From Antedon mediterranea (taxonomy: Eukaryota > Animalia > Echinodermata): a DNA stretch of 64,000 bases. Numbering within the stretch: the stretch's first letter is position 1; each line of letters opens with the position of its first letter. The DNA is taken from positions 30,724,912 to 30,788,911 of the forward strand of contig NC_092675.1 of the NCBI RefSeq assembly GCF_964355755.1, given 5' to 3'. Below the pieces are notes generated by a model. It was not told the origin of the DNA. It saw only the letters and a list, made by a program, of their open reading frames with translations, and searched no databases. Positions 27,469-40,600 of this stretch are shown here, one piece after another. The translations under genes were made by a program, and so were the position numbers.

Positions 27469-27699
27469 ATTGGGTATAAAGACGAAATGCTACAGAAAAA
27501 AAAATATATATTTAGTACTGTGTAAACTGTAACCCTTGTTTCAAAGATTTCAATCAATTCAAATGTTTAAACAGATTACATAAACTGGGTAATATAAGAA
27601 GTAAACATTTACTCAAATTTTAAACCATCATGTCAGATTACCTATCTCAGTGACATTCATGATCATACTATAATGATAATAAGGAAGTCATAAACATTA

Positions 27700-27934
27700 T
27701 TGATAAATTAAAACTTTTTGCTGTTTTTTGTAATTTTTATATGTTGCATTGTTTGTCCTTTTGCTGTTCTTTCAAAGGACCTCATTGGAAACAAGTCCGT
27801 AGAGGACTTTTATGAGTTATCCTTGGCATCCTTGTTTTATATTGGTATTTTTATATTTGCTAATTTTAATTGTATGTCTGTGATATTTTATGTACTGATG
27901 CCGAAATAAATCAAATCAAATCAAATCAAATCAA
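27700..27934 (+). mobile_element. LINE (L2/CR1-like) 3' end with a (TCAAA)n tail
   Basis: 3' stem-loop region aaggacctcattggaaacaagtcc...ggact...atcctt, then AATAAA and a pentamer tail. A similar end lies on the minus strand at 40940-41100. Confidence 0.5.
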
Positions 27935-28486
27935 GGCTAGTGTTGATTGCTATTGAAAATTAAAAAATTTGTTTTCATTTTATTATATATTATTATATTA
28001 ATATCTGAATGAGCTATATTATTACTAAAAAATATATAAACTAGGCCTACTGGACATACATAGTCATAGACTACTATATAGACATAGGCCTACTGTTTTT
28101 ACCTCTTCTTAAGTTGTTTGAAAATGCTATATAGGGCCTAGGCCTATATACGGCCTACTACTGTAGGCTAGGCCTAGTATTTTTATTTTATCAATTGTTG
28201 TCATTAATTAGAAAAACATAATCAGTATTCGAATTCCAAAATGGGCCAAAACTTCTTGACTGCCAATCACTCTAGGCCTACGTAACATTTATAAGAATAC
28301 AGTAGGCCAACTAGAATCACCTGAACCACCCTAGTTCGATGCTGCTAGCTATTTCTCCACTCTCTAGCTTTTGGCCTAGCCTAGTTAGGCCGCCAAACCT
28401 TCTCCGATCCTAGAAATATACAGAGTGTGTTGCCTAGATTTTCACGTTTGAATCTATTAAATACATAATTATTAATACATACTTAC

Positions 28487-28630
28487 AAAGCAGTAATATC
28501 TGATAATACTAACTACACGTCAATCTACTGCTGTATACGCCGTAGTTGGAAAGAAAACAGTAATATTTAGGATTATTTTTATCCCACTTTTATTATTCCA
28601 ACGGTATTTTTGTGTATCTCGTTACTTCCT
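28487..28630 (-). other. Putative non-coding first exon / promoter-proximal region of MPDZ
   Basis: Strong minus-strand donor GTAAGT at 28486-28481. The ATG exon (27489-27447) is preceded by an acceptor (ttttctgtag), so an upstream UTR exon is needed. ETS-like ACTTCCT near 28624. The 5' boundary is approximate. Confidence 0.5.
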
Positions 28631-29789
28631 GTAATTTGGACGATTCCATTCTGTTTAAAGGAAGACGTATATTTTAATATTTCTCATAACATGACTAAAT
28701 TCTAATAAAGATAACGTTTTCTATTATATGGTTATTTTTTATTGATACATAAATTATTCATGTTAATATTAAAATATGTATGATGCATTAAAAAGAATGT
28801 AGAGTATATTGTTTTTATAGGCAATACCTTAAAACAATAGAATATTCTATTATGCTTTATCGGTACCTTTTGACTCATCATTTGAGAATGGCGTTCAACT
28901 GAAACTTTTTTATGTTTTGTTGGGATTACTGGTCACAAAGAAAATAATTGTATAGTCAATCAATATTATTATCAATACTTGATATAAACAAATATTACAA
29001 CACACGCGCCCTCAGTCAGTCCCAATTTCTATTCTTTGCGTTAACTTATTCCTTTATTTTTACGCCTAAGAAAGTAATATGGGTCTCCTTATGGAGTAAA
29101 TTAGTAGCTCCATGTTCTCTTTAAAAGCTTTCCTTGAGTTCCCTTTCCAAAAACTTCTATAAATAAGATGATGTTCTGTACATAATCTAATGTTTAATGG
29201 CCCATATGCACGATCAATAAATATAGGCGGCAACATCAATGCATGGAATGGACGTAGGACTGGTGAGTTTTGCCAAAGTGTGAGCCAGCGAGGCATGCAA
29301 TTCATTTTTACATTGTGGCGTTTTATTTATTTTTTATTTTATTTTATTGAGCGGAAAGTGCACCTATTCATTGAAATATGAAATTAAATATTAAGTCTCC
29401 AGTACTAGCCCACCATGGTTGGGGCAGAGCTAATAATGAAAATATAGCCCAGAATTGCACTTAGACTTATTATGATAATGTTAAAATTTCAACTATCCAG
29501 ACGCGACTTCAGAATTTTAGGTGGGGTTTTCTACTTTAAAAACTCGACTTCGTATATGTATAAGGCCTAGACCGGTGGCGGAATTAGTTTAAGCTTCGAA
29601 ATTGGTCTATAAATCGACATCTTTTGCAAAATTTGATCTTATTTCACTCTCCATTAACCCCATACAAAAAAAACATCGGAGACATGTTTATTCAGCGACG
29701 GTGCGGCCATACGCACCAACTACCATAATCGTTTATTCATAACATAAAATTTACGAGATCGAATACAGGAGGTTGAAAAAAAAATTAAA

Positions 29790-30050
29790 TTAAAAAAAAG
29801 ATGTTAAATGTGCTCTCCCTGCCTCAGTACTAACGCCCTGCCACAGCCTTTTGGGGTCGTTTCCAGCACATCACCAGATGCATTGATGTTGTCGCCTCAT
29901 GATATGTGATGGAAAGGGGGACGTATAATTCTGTGAACCCCAAACACAGTGGCCGCATGCCTTTAACTCTATTCCACCGACCAGCGTGGGAATCGAACCC
30001 ACGACATACGTGTTGTCAACACGACGCTCAGGCGACTGAGCTAACTGGTC
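29790..30050 (-). mobile_element. SINE or tRNA pseudogene with an intact tRNA-Ile-like cloverleaf head (30050-29978)
   Basis: GACCAGT-TA-GCTC..GAGC-GTCGTG-TTGACAA-CACG..GTGGG-TTCGATT-CCCAC-GCTGGTC. No adjacent poly-T terminator. The downstream body is duplicated at ~30395-30540. Confidence 0.6.
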
Positions 30051-31200
30051 ATTTTGGTTTTAACAAGGTTAATGTGATATTTATGATGTAATGAGGAATT
30101 ACGTAATACACGTTTAGATAGACTATTATCAGCTGTTCAGTCATATACTACTTTGTGGCGTAACAGATAATACTCAGGTTTACTGATCTCAGTCCTAGTA
30201 GTAGGGTTCGAACCTCAGTCTACGGATATTTTTTAAATTATTTTAAGGGTTGTAAATGTCAGGCCTAAACGTGTGGATCTTTTTTAAAATCAGAAACAAA
30301 TTTGCATGGCATTATTTTCCATTAAATAGACTGCCATAACAACCTGCGATGAAAATAATAAATTCAATTTCTTTTAAAATTGAGAGCGGCAAACATAACA
30401 TTTACGAGATCGAATACAGGTTGAAATAAAAAGATGTTAAATGTGCTCTCCCTGCCTCAGCAAAGGCCCTAGCACAGCCTTTTGGGGTCGTTTCCACGAC
30501 TTTCTTTTTATGTTGCCGTGTCATGATGTGTGGTGGAATACAGACAGGTATTTAATCTCATGATTCATGGTCTACTTTTATTCATTCATTCATGATTATT
30601 AACATTAAAATATAGTTTGTAGGCTACTAAGTAGCCTACTAATTATTCAATTCTAATTAAACATGATTTATTTGTTATACAGCGTATCCACCATGTGTCG
30701 TTGCTCAGTGATGATCTAAGTAATCGAACACACGCACTTTCTGGAGAAAAAAAATGAATTCAACAAAAATTTTGTTCTGTTTCTCGAAAACTTCGTTGTA
30801 GTGTTTGTAGTGTGTATCTAGCTAGACACACAACCCATGTTTTCTTTTTTATACCTTAATTGTGAAGCTCTCGAAGACGACAATGGCAGCATTTAATCTC
30901 TGGTAATATCAACGAATTGCGACTGTTAGTTGACCGCGCTAAAGAAGTGTTTGATTCTGTATGGCACGAGCAGACTTCACTGTCTAAACTGCAACAAGAC
31001 AACAGTTTGAATTTAAAATAGCATACAACGTAACAACTCTATAGCTCAATCATTTTTTTTTTCTATTAATTTTTCAAGAACACTCATTTTTTCCACTGTC
31101 TACGTCATCGTCGTCATCATCATGCTCCGTCTGTTGTTTATTGGTATCATCCGTTTCGTTTGAAACCTCATAATCTTTTTCTTTCTCTCAAAGAGAGAGA

Positions 31201-32196
31201 TTATAAATAGAAAATGCCCTGTCGTCCGTGCGGCGTGTCATACCTTTTCCAACTGATCTGTTTTAATGTACTAAAACTGGCGGGAATACCATCACCTGGT
31301 AACGGTGTTCCAAATAACGTAGGTGCACTTTTTGACGTTTTTACTAATATCCTTTCATTGTCGTTATTCTTGATGTAGGAAGTTGATGATATTTTTTTGG
31401 TTTTTATTGTTTTTCGATGACTTTCCTTCGATTCGACTGTTATCACAACGTTTCTCTGTGAAGGTGGGCTGTATAACCTGAAATAGAACTTATAATTTTA
31501 AGCCTTGTCTACACAATTAAACTTGATGTGACAAAAACAATGTGATGTGCCCATGTATGGACATGGTGATGTTATATAACTACCATGTTTGGGCATATAA
31601 CTACCATATTTGGGCACATCACATTTTATTGTCACATTATTATAGTTTAACAGTGTAGACAGAGCTTAATAGTAAAAACATATCTCTACGATATTTTACC
31701 ATTGTAACTTACTCGATTTTTGATTGGTCCTTGGTGGGTTTGTACATCTCATATGACGTCATATCCGTTGTTTTCATCTTAATATGAGGATAAATTGAAC
31801 TTTTATTTCTGTAAGATAATAAGAATAGAAAGAATATGCAAAAGTCGCGGTTACTGTTTCAAACCACATAATAAGAAAAATGAACACAACGAACTGCTTA
31901 AGTTTAGTTGAGGCGCGTATCCTACGTTTAAATCAGATGCGTAGAAAATAATCAGGAATAAAGAATGATTTATTTGGAAACTCAAGATTAATTGATTTAT
32001 TCCCTTACTTTGATAGCCGTACATTGATTAAACTGATGATAATGATAATGACGAACAAAGCGATAAATGGACCAACTATGCACAAGATAGAGCCTGCATC
32101 CCAATAGCTTACGTCATCTTGTCGCTGCTCAACACGTATGACGTCATCTATGTTATTGTTTAAAATAAGAGGAAAAGTAATCATCATCATCTTCAT
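31201..32196 (-). CDS. Uncharacterised single-pass transmembrane protein (186 aa, 3 exons)
   Basis: Exons 32196-32009 (AA|gtaagg), 31808-31713 (ttacag|...GA|gtaagt) and 31477-31201 (tttcag|...TAA). Both introns are phase 2 and join into a 561-nt open frame. One hydrophobic helix (AGSILCIVGPFIALFVIIIIISLINV) is followed by basic RLSKNK. Confidence 0.72.
31500..31668. mobile_element. Harbinger-like MITE family (other copies at ~18270-18375, 34310-34410, 39740-39860, 46051-46368, 54775-54915, 60425-60585)
   Basis: Termini agctctgtctacac.. / ..gtgtagacagagct in a TAA/TTA context; internal tgtgatgtgcccatatatggac / gggcacatcaca palindrome. Confidence 0.75.
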
Positions 32197-33279
32197 ATCA
32201 TGTCATCAGTTCTTACTTCAATGTTGCCTCCTCCATATTTAAATTTAAAAAAATAATAATAACAGTATGAAGAATATACAATATGGAAGGAAAGTTTCGT
32301 TCCCATTCAAAACAAATTCATCTGAGTAACCTACCTTCCAGCAGAGGCCTAGTAAAGAGACTATTTGTGGTAACAATATTAGTAGGCCTAAATGCATCCG
32401 TATTTGAATTTAGGTTTGTCATGATTTGTTTTATATTTAAATAAATTGAAACAATTCGTGTATAGGCCTAGGCCTATATAATACACACCGTGTGTGATGA
32501 TCTCTCTGGGTGAGTTATTTTTTGTTTATTCAAAGAAGAGACGATTGTTATGCTTAGTAACCTTGGAACATAAACACGCACGCACAAAACGCACCGCGCG
32601 CGACAGTGTGCTTAAGAGCGCGCAGTGTACTTAGCACGTACGTACCACAAGGAGATCGACCAGCAGAGAACCGGCGACTTTAACCTATATACAGCGATCC
32701 TCTTGTTCCGTTCTATTTTATGATTTTCCAATAACAAAACCACGGAAGTCATTTATTCCGTGAAGCGAAACAAGTACTGGTGTTGTATAAGTTAGTTAAT
32801 TTGATAAGAAAATTGGTTTCGTATTAATTCGTTTCCTCCCAAACAACATAAGAGGCATATTACTATCTTCACAATTTATTCATGCATTGAATGAGGCGGT
32901 TGAATTGTACGTCATAAATCGCGGTGCCTGCGTCATGTAAACTTTAAATATCATCATTATCATGCGACTATGTAACTATATCAGGCTTCATTTAGTATCA
33001 CACCGTACCTAGAACGTTTATATATTTAATTCAACCAATGAGTTTCATTCAAGTTTCTATAGTATATCTATTTTAACAAACAAACATTTTAACAAAGTAT
33101 TGTTCTTTGATGGTCCTGATTGGTCGAACTCTACAGAATGGGGCAGACTGTAGACATCCAGGTGTATTCAATAGATTTGTCGAGCAGGTTTCTGATTGGT
33201 CAAAGTATACAGGAAGATGGGTGCGGCAGACCGAAACAGCATCCAGGTTTTTTATACGAGTGTTCATAATTTAGGAAGC

Positions 33280-33405
33280 TGTGTTAATAAGAACAGTACT
33301 ATTTCCGCGTCTGTTCTATTCTAAATTCTCCAAAAAGGTAAGAAATCAACAGTTATAAAGTTTGTTTAAGACTTGTTTATTGATTTAGCCTACTTTTACC
33401 AAATC
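33280..33405 (+). other. Putative non-coding first exon of the gelsolin-like gene
   Basis: Donor GTAAGT at 33406 (alternative GTAAGA at 33338). The ATG exon starts after an acceptor (tttttgaag) at 34639. The 5' boundary is approximate. Confidence 0.45.
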
Positions 33406-33789
33406 GTAAGTCAAATAATTCTAAAATCTGAAAGTTTCATTTATCGTTTTATATTATGATAGGCTTAATTGTTAATATTGTTAATGAATTATGCCGCTCG
33501 GTGGTGTTATAGTTATTGAAATCTGTTCTGAACAAGTCATCACAGTTATTAAATCGATCTACCACTTTGAATCACATGCCAAAGTGTTAGCTTCCATTTG
33601 AGGTAGTTCACTGATCTGTAGGTTAACCCTTCGGTAAACAAGGCAGAAACTGATCGCCTTTAGTTCCTTGTAATTTGCATAATATTGAGATGAGAAAATG
33701 TATTCAAAATGTTCATTATTCCATGATGCATCCATTGTTAACGTAGATATTGACGTAATCCTTTCATGCTGAGCCATGAAAACACTTAA

Positions 33790-34110
33790 AATTATTTATT
33801 TATTCCACATTTATTTAGTCATAAATTACAGTACATCATAATTACAGTACAACTGAAAACAGGGATCCTGCATAAAAAAGCTGTAGCTTCGTTATTTTGT
33901 AGGACCCTTTTACATAAGAACAAGTATATAGAACTTAAATAAACAAAGGTGTTGTTAATCAGCATAATAGTGATAAAAAGTATTTTTTGAACTGTTTTTG
34001 TATACATTTATTTTGTTTCTTTAAAATAACCGGTTTATTACCACCATTACAAGTGAATTCTTTCCACAATTTTGGTCCATATATGTGTATAAACTGTTGA
34101 CTGCAGGATA
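33790..34110 (-). mobile_element. Degenerate LINE 3' fragment
   Basis: The minus strand reads SQQFIHIYGPKLWK...FKKY, ending in an AATAAA-rich tail. Confidence 0.45.
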
Positions 34111-34645
34111 GTATAGTATACGGTAGTATATACACGGATATCACTCGGCCTTAGTGGATTTGTAGCTGGTGGTTTAGAGGCTCGACTACCAATACAAGCA
34201 GGGTCATGTGCTCAAATGGGCTCAAATCTTCACAAATACTTTGTTTTATGCAGAGCAGTGTATGCTTGATTGTTTGTATATCATTAAATCTCTGTTTACA
34301 TTAACTTTAGGCCTATGCGACAAAAAAAAAGTCATGCGCCCATACATGGACATGATATCATATCACTACAATATTTGAGCATATCACTACCATATTTGGA
34401 CACATCACACTGTTACTTATTTTCCTAAATAATTTTGTAATGAAGGTATACACTTTCGCAACGCTAAAATTCCGTTCACACAAAGAAAACGTACAAAATA
34501 TGTACTATTGAAAGAAGCCTTTGTAAACAATGATGTAGGCGATTTAAGAAAATCATAAACCCCCCTCCCCCCCCCCCCCCCCCGCCCCCATTCCTCAATA
34601 TATATATGCCTCTGGAAGACATGTTTTCGCTTTTTGAAGGTTGCA

Positions 34646-37600
34646 ATGTCTGGTTTGGTTAAGGCGAAGAAGTATGACTGGAAAGACTCCAATTTGGCGC
34701 TGTTTGGAAGCGACACTGAAAAAAATGTGAAGAAGAGCTCAGCTGAAACAGAACCTGCGTGGAAAGGTGCTGGCCAGAAAGTGGGCATAAGAATCTGGCG
34801 TATTGTCAAGTTTAAGGTTACTGATTGGCCAAAAGACGACTATGGCAAGTTTTACAACGGTGATTCTTATATCATTTTGAATACATACGTAAGTTGATAC
34901 AAGAAGGGTTGTACTTGTTCATTATAATAAATGTTATAGTCCAGATCCCTATGTAAAAAAAAGTGCCTTCGTGTGCAGATCATGGGGAAAGTGTAAACAT
35001 TGTGTTTTATGAATAATTGAATCATGCTGGTTATAAAAACCCATGTTGTCAAATTTCTAAAGTTCATCTTTGACCTCTGACCTCAATTTGGATGTTTTGA
35101 CCCATTGAAAACAAAATGGTCATATCTTTGCAACGCTTATTTTAAATGAAATAATTTTAGTGTCAAATTATTTGGGAGATGCATATTAATATTCGTTCTA
35201 ATGGAAAAGTTTGTCCAAAAATGGCCGGAAGTATGATTTTTGGCATTTTTGACCTTTGACCTACATATCATATAACTCCGTAACTAACAGTTGGACAAAC
35301 TTTAAATAGGGCTCAAATTAATCTGAAGATATATATTTCTATTCAGTCTAATAAGAACTTTTTCGAGAAAATGACCCAAAATCTTCTTATTGACCTTTGA
35401 CCTGTACAGGTAGTACACATTCCTACAGTCTTAAAAACTATTGGCCGTAAAAGGTTTTTTTTGTGAAATTGTTCGAAAAATTTACATTTATATGTTGTAT
35501 AATAACAATATTTTATAGAAATGTAAAAGAATTCTATTTATGATAACTAACTTTGTAATATATTAACATCACTAGCATTTGTTAAAATATTAAAATGTGT
35601 TATATTTGCTGATTTTAAGCACTTCACATGAATTTATCAGAATTACGTGTATTTAAATATAAAGTTTTATTTTTTTGACATAAAGAAAATTTAATTATCT
35701 ATCAAATAAGACTATTTTCAAATTATTATGGCTAAAACTTAATTAGATACAGGCAAAAAGGTGTATTTTTTTTACTTGTGTGAACAGCGCCCTCAATCTT
35801 CATTTTCCTTTCAAAATACCACATTTTTATGTGGTTTCATAAACTTTAGCGGGTTGTAACTTTTTGTTAAGATTTGTTGTCAGTGAAGTGTAACTCACAT
35901 ACCCCTTCTACCATATACTAAGTAAGTTTCTGAGATAAAATGAAAAAATATTTTTATTGCTTGATATTTTTCTTAAGGTTTTTACATAGTACACGCTAAA
36001 AAAGATTTTGATTTTGTGCTAAAAATCCATGTTTTTAGTTCAGTACAACAATCTTGTACAGACATTCTTACACAAACAGCATATTTTATTGGAAAGATAA
36101 TCATAATATCTATCCAATAAAATATGAATTTTGTGTTAATATCTGCTAGATAGCTTTTATTAAACCAAAAAGATGGACTTTTAGCTCAAAATTAAAATAT
36201 TTTTTGGTGTGTATCATGTAATAACCTCAACAAAAATATCAAGCTATCAAAATATTTTTCTCATTTTTTTTCAGAAACTGACCTAGTACGTTATAAAAGT
36301 GGTATGTAAATTACAGGTTACTGTAAATAATCTTTAAAACAAAGTTATAACCTGTTAAATTTATGAAACCACATAAAAATGTGGTATTTTGAGGGAAAAA
36401 TTAAGATTGAGGGCGCTGTTCACACAAGTAAAAAAATACGCCTTTTTGCCTGTATCAAATTAAGTTTTAGCCATAATAATTTGAAAATAGTCTTATTTGA
36501 TAGATAATTAAATTTTCTTTATGTCAAAAAAATAAAACTTTATATTTAAATACACGTAATTCTGATAAATTCATGTGAAGTGCTTAAAATCAGCAAATAT
36601 AACACATTTTAATATTTTAACAAATGCTAGTGATGTTAATATATTACAAAGTTAGTTATCATAAATAGAATTCTTTTACATTTCTATAAAATATTGTTAT
36701 TATACAACATATAAATGTAAATTTTTCGAACAATTTCACAAAAAAAACCTTTTACGGCCAATAGTTTTTAAGACTGTAGGAATGTGTACTACCTGTACAG
36801 GTCAAAGGTCAATAAGAAGATTTTGGGTCATTTTCTCGAAAAAGTTCTTATTAGACTGAATAGAAATATATATCTTCAGATTAATTTGAGCCCTATTTAA
36901 AGTTTGTCCAACTGTTAGTTACGGAGTTATTTGATATTTAGGTCAAAGGTCAATATTGCCAAAAATCATACTTCCGGCCATTTTTGGACAAACTTTTCCA
37001 TTAGAACGAATATTAATATGCATCTCCCAAATAATTTGACACTAAAATTATTTCATTTAAAATAAGCGTTGCAAAGATATGACCATTTTGTTTTCAATGG
37101 GTCAAAACATTCAAATTGAGGTCAGAGGTCAAAGATGAATTTTAGAAATTTGACAACATGGGTTTTTATAACCAGCATGATTCAAATATTCATAAAACAC
37201 AATGTTTACACTTTCCCCATGATCTGCACACGAAAATACATAGGGATCTGGACTATTATATAAAATGTTAAACCTTTAGTTCTCTTAATTATTAAATATA
37301 CCATAATGTAGGCCTTATTTATCATTTTAACTTCTTTTAAATTATTTTAGAAAGAGAAAGAGAGTGATGAGCTGCTTTATGACGTTCACTTCTGGATTGG
37401 ACAATACTCCACTCAGGTAAGGATTTTTCAGAAAACGACATTTAAAAAAAAACAACAAAACTAACTGTTTTTGCAAATAAATACCCCCAGGTATGTGAAT
37501 CTTTTATAAAAACTAGAAATAAGATATATTCGGACTGTTATACTATACTTATGTCGCTTGAGTCAAATGGGACAAAGTATAGTGATTATACAGTTGGAAT

Positions 37601-40600
37601 GTTATAGGTCTACTATACTTAATGTCCGTTGTAGTATACAAAGTATATTAGTAATTGCAGTCGGATTGTAGTGTTATATACTATATTATATTGTAGTCAA
37701 AGCATCTATAATATCTTTGTCAAACAGGAACTGAAAAGTCCACTTCAAAATCCCAAACGGAACTCTGTATTTTTTTCCCCACCAGGATGAATATGGTACT
37801 GCTGCATATAAGACTGTTGAATTGGACACGCTTCTTGACGACAAACCGATACAACATCGAGAGGTTATGGATCACGAATCAAGCCTCTTCAAGTCGTACT
37901 TCGATAGTTTTTCGTATGTTTTCTTATTATCGTTGTACTTGGTATAAAGTATAATATGTCAGAGGGCAAACAAACATGCGTCTCGTTATCACGTTGCGCC
38001 TCGTTTGTTACGTTGCGCCTCGTTTGTTACGTTGCGCCTCGTTTGTTACGTTGCGCCTCGTTTGTTACGTTGCGCCTCGATTGTTACGTTGCGCCTCGAT
38101 TGTTACGTTGCGCCTCATTGTTACGTTGCGTGGCGTTGTTACGTTGCGTCTTGTCAACCAATAATTAGCAAACAATTAGCTAAAATAATTGTCATTTATT
38201 AATGTAATAAATGATCGATATTTAATTGTAATTGAAGATTAAGTTTCATTTAATCCAGCCTACTTTGCGCATTATTATTAGAATCCATATGCTTTCCTAT
38301 TATATTGATAAGCATTTGTGTGTATATACATTTTAGGCTTCTTGAAGGTGGAGCAGATACAGGTTTCAGACATGTAAAACCTACAGAGTACCAACCCAGG
38401 CTGCTTCATTTTTGCAAAACTGTATCTAAAAAAGTGGAAATCAAAGAGGTACTGTTATTATGTATGCATTGAGAGATCCAAGAGACGCAACACAACGACG
38501 TAATGCAATGTAAAGGATTTGACCAATCACAAGCAATGAATTATTCAAACTGTCGCTTGTCATTGGTCAACATGCTTGCGTTGTGCCTACGTCTACGAAA
38601 ACAAGCATAACTGTCTAGGTGCTTAAGTAACGAACGACGACTTTCAGTAGGCCTTCTTTTATGAAAAACCGATTGTTTTCGCGCCGCGGCTCTAGCGAGC
38701 TATGTCCCAAGAGAACATATTCATTAATAAGCGGTTTCATAGCGGTAGCTTTGGTAGCTTTAGTATCTAAGGCCGACAGTTTTGCGAATTATTAAACTCT
38801 ACTATAATTTATAGGTCCCAGCTGATGGACCCAAAAAACGAGGGCCTGCGTTGAACGATTTTGGATTCTCGCCCTTTAATTGGTTGACGCGAATCAACAG
38901 ACTGGGAGTCACGTTGTCTGTAGAGGGTATTCAGTTGCATGCCTACAGTACAGGTTGAGGTCACACACAAACAGGCTACAGCACATTAAAAGTTCAAAAT
39001 TGCCATTTTTGAATTAGTAGATTAATATTTGTTGGCAAATATTACATTGCTGGAAAGGTACACATGTCTTCTTTCAAATGCTGTGTATACAATTAACTAG
39101 TGAAAAAATGGGCATGTGATTCATAATTAAAGAACTATCTGTGATTTGTCCTTGCGATTAAAGGACATCTTTAATAATTATTCATAAATTAATCAAAAGA
39201 ACAATGATTCATTTTGAAATGTCGAGCGACGTTTTTTGTAAGAAATATTTCTTGTTATAAATTGTTCTTAAAGGTTCCACTCTTTAAGCAATGTCTTGAT
39301 TCAAGTGACGTGTTTATATTGGATTTGGGATTGGAAATATTTCAATGGAATGGTAAAACATGCAATAAAGACGAAAAATTCACGGTAAGTCATTTATTTT
39401 GTAGGTCTATTTAATGTTTTATTTTTCGCACACATATGCCTCATTAACCACTGATATTATTGAAATAAAGAATCGCTTAACCGTAATAAACTGAAATAAT
39501 CCAATATTTCTATACCTTAATTAATTAATATATAAGATATATAGGTCTACCTTAATTGTTAGATTTTTTTAATTTTAAAGATGTATTGTCCCCCTAAAAA
39601 AAATTACATACAAATTTTTGTTGTAGAATATGCCATTTTAATGTCACATAATAGTCACTTTGACCAAACATTTTCATTTACCTGAAGAAAAAAACTACAA
39701 AATGACCTATTCAGTCAGATTTGATTATTTTTTATTTTTCATGTGCCCATATATGGACATGATGATGTCATATCATTACCATATTTGGGCACATCACTAC
39801 CATATTTGGGCACATCACACATTTTTGTCAAACTAGTTTGATAGTATAGACAGTGCTTTATGTCTTTTTATAGGCTGTACAGTTTTTACAAACGTTAAAA
39901 TCTGAAAGATCTGGAAAGCCAGTGGTTGAGTCTCTTGATGAACGTGATATAAGCGAAAGCCATAAGTTTTATTCTAGTCTGACTGACGGTGAAAAGCCAG
40001 AAGCAAGGACTGCTCCTGCTGCTACAGAAAAAATCTTGTACAAGTAAGAAATCATTTTATATCAACATCGGTCAATAAATAATTTCACATTTGCACCAAA
40101 AAAGAAGGTCGAATGTACATGCGCCATGAAATAAAAAGGATGAGCTAATCTAGAGATATTTCTCTTTTGAAAAAATTCAATCCATTCTATTTTGTTTTTG
40201 TATTGATTTAAACCACTAATTATATTTATTTACTAAACATACCTAATTTTAGGAAAATGAAATCTGTGGCAAATAAGTTAAATTTTATTTAAAACAGTAT
40301 TTTTCTGTCGTAAATGTATTGATTATGCATTCGATTTGTTTGTGTTCAGGTTGTCCGATGAAAGTGGTAATTTGGAATTCACAACAATTGCAACCGGTCA
40401 ATTCCAAAAAAGCATGCTTGATAGACAGGTTAGTTTTTATTTATCATTAAAAGTAACTTTAATATCCTTTACTCATAATCATTATTACGACATAAACTAT
40501 AATTATATAATGTGCAAATGAGAGCAGATATAAAATATTGACAAAGTTTGTGATGATTTTAAAACTTAGGTTAGGTTCTATGACCGGACCTGAAATCTTT

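Noticed and set aside
34560-34590. Poly-C run / potential G-quadruplex upstream of the gelsolin ATG exon
   Set aside because: A simple homopolymer with no evidence of function.
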